Below, piece by piece: positions 43,801 to 51,387 of a stretch of DNA of 64,000 nucleotides. Position numbers and translations under genes: made by a program. The first letter of the stretch is position 1, and every line of letters begins with the position of its first letter. The notes below the pieces were generated by a model that saw nothing but the letters and a program-made list of their open reading frames with translations, did no database searches and was not told where the DNA came from. The DNA comes from Candidatus Obscuribacteraceae bacterium. Its GTDB lineage: Bacteria > Cyanobacteriota > Vampirovibrionia > Obscuribacterales > Obscuribacteraceae. Location of the stretch: contig JBGAHS010000004.1 in the NCBI GenBank assembly GCA_044226015.1, positions 320,001-384,000 of the forward strand, written 5' to 3'.

Positions 43801-44178
43801 CTCCGAATAGTTAATTGCGGTAACTCCAAAGATGTGTGGATGCAGATTGGTGCCATGCGACTGCTCCTAGAGACAGGGCAGGAACTCATGGTGTCAAAGG
43901 CGTCAGAGCCATTGCTGTTTAACGACAGCATCGCACGTCGCAATCACCAGTCATTTGTACTGAGCGACTCTAACTTGCAAGGCACCGTATGTGATGCTTC
44001 CTTAGTTAGCATCCTGAGCAACGTCAAGCTTTTGAGCGTGTTGCGTCATCCTCGCAACAAAATTGAGCGAGAGTTATCAGCACGCCTCTGCAAAAATGCT
44101 ATGGCTCTTCAAACGGTCACAGGAAGGCGCGGAGCTTATCAGATAATGGGTACGACTAAGCCTCGCGTCAAAGCCTGA
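34846..44178 (+). CDS. giant secreted filamentous-haemagglutinin-like beta-helical repeat protein
   Basis: 3110 aa; signal peptide; G/S/T/N-rich repeats (GxGGxIxL); compositionally distinct C-terminal region of about 220 aa. Confidence 0.85.
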   Translation: MRKFHFASLSLLSFLSLYFGLYTAARAETPSPLDRTGFRPGAQAPQAGSNLYLGERAIRVVDFSKSPVLDIRGNLNVSRGAILYAVSTNPAIDTAIIRAYSIFNSGLITTVLPQGGISGYSNAIPGLNLSLIATHKLINSGQISSAGNLNLCAGELLSNGNNSIVQAINNLNVFTPVLVNAGTMSAQNSNVTINSASLLSATLNNLPNSAELTNTLSNSSLSNISTQITNSGSILAAAGNIDISAIAGSALAIDNNRGLIKSTGGDISLDGSYGKNVSLFGGTMQGEAVAATAPGAKVDLHAERIDGAVTITGAVAAASAEHGDLNIAQLKLSDDPIFALRGGGTLTIQGFSAASASDFVALSEGDIVLSGTVNTSGGSITAVAGHLFKGENGDPCTHCSGKYSILGSSPSGGTLTIKTVNLEAGSNSVTLQADKLYVDFIPGPAANVYSRIHGGKIVINADSIGFDSVHLTVSADGATGGTVDISTTNTLAIGNRMEIHADGSSGSGGRISINSTADILLVSPQALTVDAYGSGTGGTISLSSTDSIALSSLAIKAGNNGDGGKIILSGADVGAFGHADLSVNGSGAGSGGQISLHAKGSVLLGSSEDLQLDSLSLSATGGSANSSAGDGGSIQVSAFGLVVDPNSLNVKALGNQGKGGTIDLSSSFRDLTLNGSIEANGPTGGGSIKINTETLKLPTDRSVSLTACSLASGTGGSISVTSSMSTQYLLLGHDNGNLNINTDGYNDGGTVAVSVANLSIGSGGISSQGLNGGSVDLKSDVITIGSNSINCSGSSGVGGHITIKSKDLTLVDSSLDASAYNGGIIEISSDKITAYGKNLINVSGTLLSKGGLVSIQTSGSLALGDQSGQIELSSIGGGNQVVVDAKEDLSLFENAFDISQSNNPFGGASITLSAGKTLSLFDGINVSGTANGNGGIITISASTLALAQDKNIHLSANAAGIGSGGTVKITTGNPLSISNAAGNLSLSATGGSELAASGNGGSIQISSSGPLDLSAEAISVAPLGLSGTGGNYDFKTSADFILHGSLSADAAANGGNGGVINIFAAKSFIADNGSAITARAFGGNGNGGKISATFFTQTIQGTCLSGLQVIADASGNGAGGQISLSTARILGSPVVGGDILLGESAGEISLSARSSGLSTGGCITVLAQNNITVNQNAIALNGLSPSGGSGRLILVSSYNNYGANFAGKLTVNGSISILNSSGLPAGEIYLSAGRNGIRDTTFGITINSDLQAGLISVVNWGDKNSTTVVRGGVSLTGNTVAIATPSLIVDGDDTAKISINAQNLAIAVQTPGASNKLVLGLATTPGTVSILLPDGMQQNDPNFVLRAGVLYLGSNGEIPITTIDDSLYGSTTENYKVSGTGSFGSAIAPLKIDTVNLEVHSGGDAYLENKSQSAAATIYVSGEAQGNLDLTTDVPLFVGSQQPIIASKLFINAGVQAILQLVITDYLSIKSTGYATALVKKNSAPFIEIGDSSGAPLLVTSDDAIYVNGNLSGSEIVVNSKSSLIVNGNAEAKPSGLQNGLVAFTGKLGLELNGSIVSENTELSTNGLAKISGDNSSKSLFVTSKDCIQLPSSKISTDFLAAYCGSVDLQSSDNSISRLMLQSAGTGKLSSTIPIEIILDKTLVFNPDLNKMNSVAGDFVVNAPGLIFSGPLEVGANLILQSNAVNHSFSVGLNEAGSLNAVGAILINQETFGPVSIGTLTPGGLQFGGSHLLSFAAGAAVTPSVVSSSGPIKYTHDAAGQILTSGGSLVFSGKTSFASTTAIQSVFGASEVEAASSVDVTGDLTVRANAIINPNGFKASGIIYFDLQLGRTITNPNGDIVLTSNMLINSGGSSLTLLAAGNIVANGVPSINLSTAKGLGGQLNIFAGSAFEQDPLDQSKYLVTGASTMGGDISLSKVSINTSSTSKLFTAVDGGDVNLIANPGTAAHGTISVGEINTSSAYGTAGNVNIIGAGGITVSGSINTTGAASGANVLLAGSSAKYPIELSHSRTIQEHSIFSTGSVTSGSAIFVSGGISTGSSQGNGGDISIYAATKIQTGSLTSSSVRHSGNIVIGCNDGSIFTGEVNTSALPSSDSAVAGAGGNFKLLTGGSAKINGSVITTGGIPLAAAHAILGDGGKIEIYGKKIGNVGYGSVVIKGYLDSSGGSCSDCPLSTGGAAGGILIDVGSIQVAGVKANKTGPASIIASGGSSLAHSGSNGNVLISTYGTQELPSNLNLGSSLLTEFALPGAAFTVGNPTLVNGTRGIIISGSSVVKNNTPGTGGITANFISADSTPGGFKVGSVSIVPSGGKESINLGGNLVNITQGSTSRTKVTAAEALVLYLLVRGESQSIGLNGKGQLTESNPAGASSNVVIHSADIPPAITALNLKPIDSQKGIDFTINGDYPTLTLTGTASNINGNLLFNTGGTVASVFSSMPLRVAAAGSITSDADLSISSTVSKGALSIVNNGTISAKNIIPIAASAGISIENNSGGSLIANSILIPTSFLPNRITVNSRGVFQNAKLVFDNSTFPLSITGGNSANLTGAGNSPLTIRLGVKGDVSLAGNLASSSSIDISATTINSQPTNLTVENGAQISSPKQVLISATGSLNIKTNATIKSGTDLKLSGLGISIFPSGTLEAVTGLAIDAKGGPLDFAGSVSSSRGVVSLSSSAAVSLDGKLVAGTTNGNLPFQPLLNKLAASSIKIVGASVDLGTRQNTEITASGGDVNIVAKSGDLILGSASGKNSMQAYGGNVILLAKGNILGASGNVIKASSQGGSSAIGGGIELGAGVTNSSIWTANSQKSGTVKGVFASDYDLRNPTSGANTSGVVLSTSNGSPATTANINLSSSGSQQAILELQGGKQVFHATGSANKINLDGGSFSVTSLKPVCLRSESDIRLRNLVSENNLNEMKARTIAHLITEGSDEILALQAEDEQNHLKAAQSEIVLHNANVFIRPVVKTMLISKFGTIECRKGAQLYLVCDESSLRIVNCGNSKDVWMQIGAMRLLLETGQELMVSKASEPLLFNDSIARRNHQSFVLSDSNLQGTVCDASLVSILSNVKLLSVLRHPRNKIERELSARLCKNAMALQTVTGRRGAYQIMGTTKPRVKA

Positions 44179-44202
44179 GTGTTATGCAATGACCAGGGTA
44201 TT

Positions 44203-44230
44203 TCGTCGCTCAAGACTCGTCGCTCAAGAC
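44203..44230 (+). repeat. 14-bp perfect tandem duplication
   Basis: TCGTCGCTCAAGAC x2, between the giant gene stop and the start of repeat B copy 2. Confidence 0.85.
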
Positions 44231-44250
44231 TGTTTATCTGGGACGATCTT

Positions 44251-44527
44251 CAGCTTTAACGTCCGAAAACTACTGCTACGTAAGAGAAAGCGGGATGATT
44301 AAGCTGCGCTTATGATCGGGCGGCGTTGTCAAGATTGTCTGTAATATCTTCACATTCAAGCGTAAGAGCCAATCAGTCGGGTGCTCTAGCCTGAACGGAG
44401 TAAAAGAATGTTTCCCCTCTTTGATGACAACGACGATGGTTCGTCGTGTGGCATTGCTACTAATTTTTTGATTCTTTTGAATCTGATCTCCTTTGTGTTG
44501 CAAGCGATCGATCCATCTTGGACATTG
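44251..44527 (+). repeat. repeat B copy 2 (rhomboid upstream region and 5' end)
   Basis: Aligns with 34111-34385 at offset 10140 (10142 after the indel). Confidence 0.9.
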
Positions 44528-45040
44528 AATCTAATCTTCACTCCGTACCTGGTGTTGACGCATCAGCAAAGTGTGACTACGCTTCTTTCGCATTGCTTCC
44601 TGCACGCTGACATTGTCCACCTGGTGTCAAACCTCTGGTATTTGTTTGTTTTTGGAGATAATGTCGAAGATGAGATGGGTTCATTCAACTTCTTTGTCTT
44701 CTTTTTATGCTGCGGAGTTCTTTCTGGTTTGACAGAACTCATGCTCTTCGCTCATCATCCGCATCAGTCTTTTCTTGGTGCGTCAGGGGCTATCAGCGGT
44801 GTCATGGCGGCGTATATGGTGCTTCATCCAGGCAATCGAATTCGATGTTTCGTCGGACTTCCCTACTTCTTTCCGAAACTTCCTTCATGGATATTGATTG
44901 GTTTCTTCATAGCGATGAACTCCTTGAGTTACATGGCTGACCCGGGAATGAGTGAAGGCGTTTCATACGTCGGGCATATTGGAGGCTTTATTGCAGGGCT
45001 GGTTTTAGTTCGCTTTGCGGGTGTAAAACAGCGATATTAA
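44408..45040 (+). CDS. rhomboid intramembrane serine protease
   Basis: FLHA..HL..N, FGDNVED, GASG, GHIGG motifs; GGAG RBS. Confidence 0.93.
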   Translation: MFPLFDDNDDGSSCGIATNFLILLNLISFVLQAIDPSWTLNLIFTPYLVLTHQQSVTTLLSHCFLHADIVHLVSNLWYLFVFGDNVEDEMGSFNFFVFFLCCGVLSGLTELMLFAHHPHQSFLGASGAISGVMAAYMVLHPGNRIRCFVGLPYFFPKLPSWILIGFFIAMNSLSYMADPGMSEGVSYVGHIGGFIAGLVLVRFAGVKQRY

Positions 45041-45045
45041 ACCGA

Positions 45046-46899
45046 TTGATTTCGCTCTGTGTGTGGAAAATTAAGACGAGACAGGTGGTGCCGATTGCTG
45101 TGGAACGTCCGTTTCGAGAACAGGTAAAAACCGCTGAGCTTGTCTCTGATGAGTCCAGCGACGTAGCTGCTCATCGTTCTCTGCCTAAGTCTTGCCCCTG
45201 TTGTCAGCGTTATTTCTCCTCTGAAAGTCCTGAGACGGTTTGCCCAGAAGATTCTAGCTTGCTGGTTCCTTTGAGTTCTCCCTTAACTGGAACAACAATT
45301 GATGGGAAATACAGGGTCGAACATCTTCTGGCTAGTGGGGCATGGAGCGAGGTCTTTCTAGCAAGCCACGATGAACTCGACAAAAAAGTGGCGATTAAAG
45401 TTTTACACCTGAATTTGGTTTCCGAGCCAGCAAGAGTCAGGCGCTTCGAAGAGGAAGCGCGAAATGTGAGTCGTCTCCATGACCCAGGAATTGTGAGTGT
45501 TCACGATTTTGGACTCACTGCTGATGGGCGTCCTTACATGGTTATGGATTACATCGAGGGCGTAAGCCTCAGTGAAGCAACCAAGCAGCGGCTGCTAGAC
45601 CCGCTTACGGCAACTCATTTGTGTATTCAACTCGCAAGTGCTTTGCAGACGGCTCACGAGCACGGAATCATACACAGAGATGTAAAACCTGCAAACGTCA
45701 TGCTTTCTGAAAACGAGGGAAAGGAATCTTGTTTTATTCTTGATTTTGGCGTTGCAAAAACCATCATGGGCGAGCAAAAATCTGATGTGACCAGAACTGG
45801 TGAAGTGCTCGGTACGCCTGCCTATATGAGTCCTGAACAGTGTCGCAGCCAGGCACTTGATGCGCGTTCAGATATTTATTCTCTGGGCTGTGTTTTTTAC
45901 GAGATGCTCACCGGCGAGCGACTCGTAAAAGGCGACAATTCATTCGTTTGCATGAAGTGGCACATGGAAGGCATGCCCCCCGAAATCACAGGGGAACATC
46001 CAATTTTCTACAGCCTCTCATCTATTGTTTTGAAGATGCTGGAGAAAAAGCCAGAGCATAGATATCAAAGCATGAGTGCCCTTGTCGCTGACCTGCAGGA
46101 TGCTTTAAGTGGTGCGGTGATTGTTCCGCCCGCCAGAAAGATGAAGATTGATAAGCGCTATTTGTTGATGTTGATTTTGCCGATTCTTGCTTGTCTGTTT
46201 TTTCTAATTCCGCGCGGAAGCGGACCTGTTTTGGTTCCAGAGCACCCTCCAAACGCCATCGAACGAAATGCGCTAAAGAAGGTCGCCGAGAAAACTCTGG
46301 CTGACAAGTTGGAAAACGGCTTCAGAGATTACATTCAGCAGCCGCACTTCAAAGAGAAAAAGAAATATTTTGAAGATTTATTTGCCAGAAGAACTCCTCT
46401 TCCAAAAACGGATGTTCCGCAAGAAATGATGGTCAGTGTTTTAGAGCCGATAACTACGAAGCTTCCCGTTATTCTTGGCGATGTTGATGTTGACGTCACT
46501 TACACTCAAGGACCAGTCTCATTAGTTTTGCATTCCCCATATCCTGTTAAATGGAAAGTGCACGCAGCAAGTGGTGTTAATCTCGTGAGAGTGGTGTTGG
46601 AAGGAGACGCGAAAAGTACTGTTCAAGATTTGCCGAGCGATATCGAAGTGATGGATCACAGCGGAGCCGACGCGCGTATCGCTAATAGCCCTTTAGAAAA
46701 TGGTCTTGCGAATCAATCGTTTTTGAGAAAAACTGGTGGTGGGGCAATATCGCGTTTTGGTATGACTTGGACTACCTTTCAAGTAAAACGTCTGGGTGAA
46801 GATATGAAATTTGAGGTTGGTCCCGGTGACAAAGAGTGGCTTTCCGAGTATATTCTGCGGCTTATGAAAGAAGACGAGGTTCTGGGTCCAGCATTTTAA
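45046..46899 (+). CDS. Hanks-type Ser/Thr kinase with N-terminal Cys (Zn-ribbon-like) motif, TM and ectodomain
   Basis: CPCC..CPED, VAIK, HRDVKPAN, DFG, YMSPE, one TM; start codon uncertain. Confidence 0.92.
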   Translation: MISLCVWKIKTRQVVPIAVERPFREQVKTAELVSDESSDVAAHRSLPKSCPCCQRYFSSESPETVCPEDSSLLVPLSSPLTGTTIDGKYRVEHLLASGAWSEVFLASHDELDKKVAIKVLHLNLVSEPARVRRFEEEARNVSRLHDPGIVSVHDFGLTADGRPYMVMDYIEGVSLSEATKQRLLDPLTATHLCIQLASALQTAHEHGIIHRDVKPANVMLSENEGKESCFILDFGVAKTIMGEQKSDVTRTGEVLGTPAYMSPEQCRSQALDARSDIYSLGCVFYEMLTGERLVKGDNSFVCMKWHMEGMPPEITGEHPIFYSLSSIVLKMLEKKPEHRYQSMSALVADLQDALSGAVIVPPARKMKIDKRYLLMLILPILACLFFLIPRGSGPVLVPEHPPNAIERNALKKVAEKTLADKLENGFRDYIQQPHFKEKKKYFEDLFARRTPLPKTDVPQEMMVSVLEPITTKLPVILGDVDVDVTYTQGPVSLVLHSPYPVKWKVHAASGVNLVRVVLEGDAKSTVQDLPSDIEVMDHSGADARIANSPLENGLANQSFLRKTGGGAISRFGMTWTTFQVKRLGEDMKFEVGPGDKEWLSEYILRLMKEDEVLGPAF

Positions 46900-46955
46900 G
46901 CTTAGGGCACGTTGGCTTGCGGGAGTAGGTTTCCTTGTAGTGTAGGAGTATGTCG

Positions 46956-47023
46956 GGATCTCGATGTTGCAAGGAGCCTGGTAGTCCAAGGATTCCGATG
47001 TTGAAAGGAGTCTGATGGTCCAG
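46956..47023 (+). repeat. degenerate 34-bp tandem repeat
   Basis: GGATCTCGATGTTGCAAGGAGCCTGGTAGTCCAA / GGATTCCGATGTTGAAAGGAGTCTGATGGTCCAG. Confidence 0.7.
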
Positions 47024-47432
47024 GAGCTAGCATGGAGCCCGGTGGCGCTGGGGTCCTGGAGGATTGAGCGGATTAGGTGATCGTCGGGCACGTAATGCCT
47101 TGGGCCATCTATATTTACAGAGAATGCGTAGTCGAGGCAGAGTACATGTTTATGTATCGGGGTTGCGGAGGCACGCAGGAATTGGTGCAGTCCGACTGTC
47201 GGAATCAACAAGCATCTGTGTATTTTTGCACGTGTAAATCAGTCATACACATCGGCATAATCTTTAGTATATCGGTTAAGGATTTACTATCATGGTGTGG
47301 TTGAAGCTTGCTAATTCAAGAACTTATTTAGTTCGAACAAGTTCCGGACGAATAATTCGTATTTCGGGATTTCTCAAACTTATCTAGACTGACAATTTAG
47401 AGCAGCCAACAAAGACAAAATGTTCTCTGCTC

Positions 47433-49304
47433 TCAATTGTTCCATTTCATAGGGTTTTTCGCTAACAGTTTACCTGTTGAAAGCTCATAAACATAGACGG
47501 TGTAGTTCGTTGAACGAGCGTCTTCTGGCACAAAAATAATTGCCATTCCTTTACTAACAAAAAACTGATTGCCAGCCAGGGCTAAAGGCACCACTTTATC
47601 TAAGGGTATTGTGTCTATCTTTTGTCCGGCTGGCGTCAGTTCATAGATGCTAGTGCTGACGTCGTCTGGTTGTGCCAGTGCATACACCCGGTCTGTGTCA
47701 GCATCGTAGGAGATGCCTCTCAGTTCTCTATAAACATCGCTTCGCACTTTAGGTGGAGTAAATAGCATGGCCCAGTTTTGGTGCGAGCCATAAGCTGCGT
47801 GCGGGTTATACATGCTGAGGCAGTCATGGTCGCCTGGTCCGGCACCGAAAACAAAAAACTTCTGTCTTTTTGTGTCGTAGGCGATGCTCTCGATGCCATC
47901 AAGTTCAACTTCTCTTCGAGTCTTCAGAAATTCCGCTGCATTGGATCCGTCTTTCAAGCTGAACAGTTTGTCTTTCGTCGCGCAGTAAAAAGTGTTGAGT
48001 TCAGGCGCATAGGTGACGCTTACCGCTCCAGCTGGCAAAGGCATAACCCTACCGTGCGAAATTGGACCGAAGCCGTTGCTTTCCGCTAACATGGGGGTGC
48101 CGTCAGAGGCACCACCATTGGTGTGAAGGACGAGCCAAAATCTCAAATCTTTAAGTGTTCCAAATTGTGCCGTTGGCTGGGTTAGCTTATGAACTGTTAT
48201 CGGCTTGGGGACAAGGCTTTGCCAGTTAATTGCGAACAGCAGCAAAAGCAGTGCTGCGATAGCTCCTACAGTAGTAAGTTGCTTGTTCCAATTCTTGCGT
48301 GGCTTAGGTATGTGCAGCGGTATGCCCTGGCAAATTTTTTCAAGGTCTGAGCGCAGTTCAGCAACGGATGCATATCTTAAGTCTGCATCTTTATTGAGCA
48401 TTTTCTTCAGCACGAAATCCAGGTCTCTTGCTGCAGTTGTGGGAGATGTGTATGTGGGGACTTTCTTGCTGAGGTGCCAATCCATACAATCGAATGGGTT
48501 TTCTGCCTGCACCATCCGCTCGCCATTGAGCATTTCGTAAAACACACATCCAAGCGAGTAGATGTCTGAGCGTCCATCTACCTGCTGTCCCATACATTGT
48601 TCCGGGCTCATATAAGCTGGTGTTCCAAGCACTTCGCCCGTTCGCGTAACATCACTGCGCTGTTCGTCCACCATTGTTCTGGCAATGCCGAAGTCGACAA
48701 GTTTTGCAATCGTTTTCTGGCTGACGTTTTGCTCAAACATTATGTTGGCAGGCTTGATGTCGCGGTGAATAATATTTTGCTCGTGAGCCATTGTTAGCGC
48801 ATCACAAAGCTGTATCAGGTAGCCGCATGCTTCCTCTTCTTCCAGGCTAGATTTGCGCAACTTCTCTGTTAGTGACTCACCCTCCACATAATCCATAACC
48901 ATGTATGGGCGACCATTTTGAGTCAGTCCAAAATCGTGTACGCTGGCTATTGAACTATGTTTTAACTTTGTGACTGAGCGTGCCTCTTCCTGAAATCGCG
49001 CAACTTTATGCGGGTCTGATACCATAGTCAGATGCAAGACTTTTAGTGCGACGACTTTGTTCAAGCGCTTGTTGTGCGCTAGGAAAACCTCGCTGGAGGC
49101 TCCAGATCCTAGCAGCTTGATCACTTCATATCGTTCATCGATAGTCGTGTTGACCAGCGATTGCGAAACGGGTGCCAGCAACGATTTATCCATCGGACAG
49201 CAGTTTGATTCATAGTCTGCCGCGAAGTGAATGTTGCACTTCGGGCAAAGCTTTGCGAGTTTTATTTCTGCCTTTAACTCATCCGTGTTCATCTGATTCG
49301 TCAA
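47433..49304 (-). CDS. Hanks-type Ser/Thr kinase with N-terminal Cys motif, TM and beta-propeller-like ectodomain
   Basis: CPKC..CPMD, VALK, HRDIKPAN, DFG, YMSPE, TM; blade-like segments SVTYAP, SIAYDTKR, GISYDAD. Confidence 0.92.
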   Translation of the reverse strand: MTNQMNTDELKAEIKLAKLCPKCNIHFAADYESNCCPMDKSLLAPVSQSLVNTTIDERYEVIKLLGSGASSEVFLAHNKRLNKVVALKVLHLTMVSDPHKVARFQEEARSVTKLKHSSIASVHDFGLTQNGRPYMVMDYVEGESLTEKLRKSSLEEEEACGYLIQLCDALTMAHEQNIIHRDIKPANIMFEQNVSQKTIAKLVDFGIARTMVDEQRSDVTRTGEVLGTPAYMSPEQCMGQQVDGRSDIYSLGCVFYEMLNGERMVQAENPFDCMDWHLSKKVPTYTSPTTAARDLDFVLKKMLNKDADLRYASVAELRSDLEKICQGIPLHIPKPRKNWNKQLTTVGAIAALLLLLFAINWQSLVPKPITVHKLTQPTAQFGTLKDLRFWLVLHTNGGASDGTPMLAESNGFGPISHGRVMPLPAGAVSVTYAPELNTFYCATKDKLFSLKDGSNAAEFLKTRREVELDGIESIAYDTKRQKFFVFGAGPGDHDCLSMYNPHAAYGSHQNWAMLFTPPKVRSDVYRELRGISYDADTDRVYALAQPDDVSTSIYELTPAGQKIDTIPLDKVVPLALAGNQFFVSKGMAIIFVPEDARSTNYTVYVYELSTGKLLAKNPMKWNN

Positions 49305-49410
49305 CGATTTGTACTGGAGAAAGCATCAAGTTGTGTGTGAACCGCAAATCGGAATCGAGATTGCGCCCAATTGCTCTATACCCGTATGGACATTTTTATC
49401 ATTAGTTCTA

Positions 49411-51387
49411 TCATTGAGTCTTCTGCAAAAGCAATATTTCGCCGCTTCCCGCAGGCAGCCAGCGCTTGAAGGGAAAGGCTTTGAGGAGCTGATAGCCCTT
49501 AACTGGTGAAAGGGTTAGGGCGTAAGCATCTCCGTGCTTCATTGATGTGCTGAATACCAGACCTTTATCTTTATATCGGGGATCATATGAATACCAACCG
49601 TTGAACTCTAGTCCGCCATCAAGGTCTAGGGCTGAATGCTTCGGGTCTTGGAGGAAGTAGGAAACTGCCTGCCAGCGACTTCTGTTCCACTCAAGATAGT
49701 CATGCGTGGCTGCGATGGCGAAATAACTCAGCACCACAAGCAGTGGCACTCCTATCGCATAGCCTGGCATCCATTCTGGTTTGGCAGGTGCTTCCTTTGT
49801 CGTCGATACCACTTCACACTCGTTGGCGCTTGCAGCTGTCTCTGCCTCTTCGTGTTTCCCTGTCTCTTCGCGTTTCCCTGTCTCTTCGCGTTTCTCTTTG
49901 TCTTTCTCTTCGGTTTTGCTTATATCATTTGCTGGACCAATGGCATTAGCCGAAATTGCATAGCGCTGGATGCTCGAAGCAGAAACCATTAGAGGAATCA
50001 GGAGTAGGAATGGAAATAAGAGGTAGCGATCGAAAAATCCCCGGATGCAAATGATGAACATGTACAAAAACATTGTGTTCATGCAAACAGACAGCAGATT
50101 ATTGACTGGCGAGACATCAACCCAGTCTTGCTTTTTCAAGCGTCTGATGCCGTAACTGACTATCAAAGCCACAAGGTGGGCAGCGCCTACACAGCCAAGT
50201 ATCGTAATGGTCAACATCAACCATTTTGGCGCAGTCGGCCAGGCTGAAATGGCTTCGCTGCCTTCCAGCCCCAAGAGTAGAGGTCCTAATCCAAAGTTGT
50301 AGAAAATATTGTCTGCCAATGGCATTAGGGCACCCATGAACACCAGTCCAAGGCATAACAAAAGTCCTGATTCGACGCCGAGCCCAAGTGATAGCAAACG
50401 CTCTTTTCGGTTGAGTCGTGCAATGAAACCTGGCGCAGTTATTGGTATCAAAGGTAGTGCAAATATTCCAACATAGAGCAACGCTTTGATGATATTTCGA
50501 AAAGCTTCTCCTACGACAAAAACCGGACCCTTTGCGAATTGGGCAGCAAGATAAGCCTGTTCCATTCGGTAGGAATAGAGGCTTCCAGCTTCTTTGCCAA
50601 GCCAAAATTGAAAAATTGCGATTGCTATTACTGATACTGTCAGTGGTGCTAGCCCGACAACTATATTGCTAAGACCTGCTCGGGACCCTGCTCTAGCTTT
50701 GTTTTGACCAAGCTCGGTTTCCTGCTCTGGGAGCGTCTTTGCTGCACTGTTCATGCTGCTTTCATTGTGCTTGATTTGGCTTGAAATGTATGTTCCCGCA
50801 AAAGCAATCGCTAGAACCAGCCCTGTCTGGCGAAGTGTACATGCCGCAGTGGTGCTGACAATGGCGAAAAGCCACGCAGGAATAGTTGCTTTCTCTTCTT
50901 CCAGAAGTCTGGCATAGCTGAGCAGGCACAGCGTTGCCAGCGCAAGAAATGGCACATCTGTCATAAATGTAAGGGACAAATTGAAAAACAGAGGACTGCC
51001 GGCAACTGTTAGCGCAGACAGCAACGCTAATCGACGATTACCGCTGCAATGCAGGCTAAGCAGGTATGTTCCTGCTATGGCGATGAATGCAAGCACACAG
51101 GTCGAAAGGCGCAGGGTCTCAAAAGAGAAACCCGCAGGTGTACACAGCAAAGCGCCGCCAAAAATCTGCGGAATTGAAGCTGCCAGCGACCATTGCGTGA
51201 TTACAAGCTTGTGTTCTTCAAGCAGAGCTTTTACTGAACGGGCGTAATTCCAGTCATCATTTAATGGAAAGGCTCCTGATGGATTTGCGATCAGGACGTA
51301 GAGCAACCAAATCAAAGCAAGTAAGCCGAGAATCTTTCCTTGCTTGAGTAATACTTGCTTAAAGTCTGTGCCTGCTTTAGAAATCAA
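49411..51387 (-). CDS. GT-C fold (ArnT/GT39-like) membrane glycosyltransferase
   Basis: FPLNDDWNY first-loop acidic motif, FMTDVP, RQ, DRY; many TMs. Confidence 0.8.
   Translation of the reverse strand: MISKAGTDFKQVLLKQGKILGLLALIWLLYVLIANPSGAFPLNDDWNYARSVKALLEEHKLVITQWSLAASIPQIFGGALLCTPAGFSFETLRLSTCVLAFIAIAGTYLLSLHCSGNRRLALLSALTVAGSPLFFNLSLTFMTDVPFLALATLCLLSYARLLEEEKATIPAWLFAIVSTTAACTLRQTGLVLAIAFAGTYISSQIKHNESSMNSAAKTLPEQETELGQNKARAGSRAGLSNIVVGLAPLTVSVIAIAIFQFWLGKEAGSLYSYRMEQAYLAAQFAKGPVFVVGEAFRNIIKALLYVGIFALPLIPITAPGFIARLNRKERLLSLGLGVESGLLLCLGLVFMGALMPLADNIFYNFGLGPLLLGLEGSEAISAWPTAPKWLMLTITILGCVGAAHLVALIVSYGIRRLKKQDWVDVSPVNNLLSVCMNTMFLYMFIICIRGFFDRYLLFPFLLLIPLMVSASSIQRYAISANAIGPANDISKTEEKDKEKREETGKREETGKHEEAETAASANECEVVSTTKEAPAKPEWMPGYAIGVPLLVVLSYFAIAATHDYLEWNRSRWQAVSYFLQDPKHSALDLDGGLEFNGWYSYDPRYKDKGLVFSTSMKHGDAYALTLSPVKGYQLLKAFPFKRWLPAGSGEILLLQKTQ
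49846..49899 (-). repeat. 18-bp in-frame tandem repeat (x3)
   Basis: CTCTTCG(T/C)GTTTCCCTGT units encoding KREETGKREETGKHEE. Confidence 0.85.

Noticed and set aside
32589..44527. Prophage/ICE att sites or an integron cassette array
   Set aside because: No integrase, phage or transfer genes; no attC-like sites recognised; the repeats are gene fragments
34846..45040. CDI toxin-immunity system or rhombosortase substrate
   Set aside because: No VENN-type boundary, no small immunity gene or CdiB in the window, and no C-terminal GlyGly-TM tail
46693..47304. ORFs in the spacer between the two kinases
   Set aside because: They overlap a kinase gene or degenerate repeats and show no domain or convincing RBS
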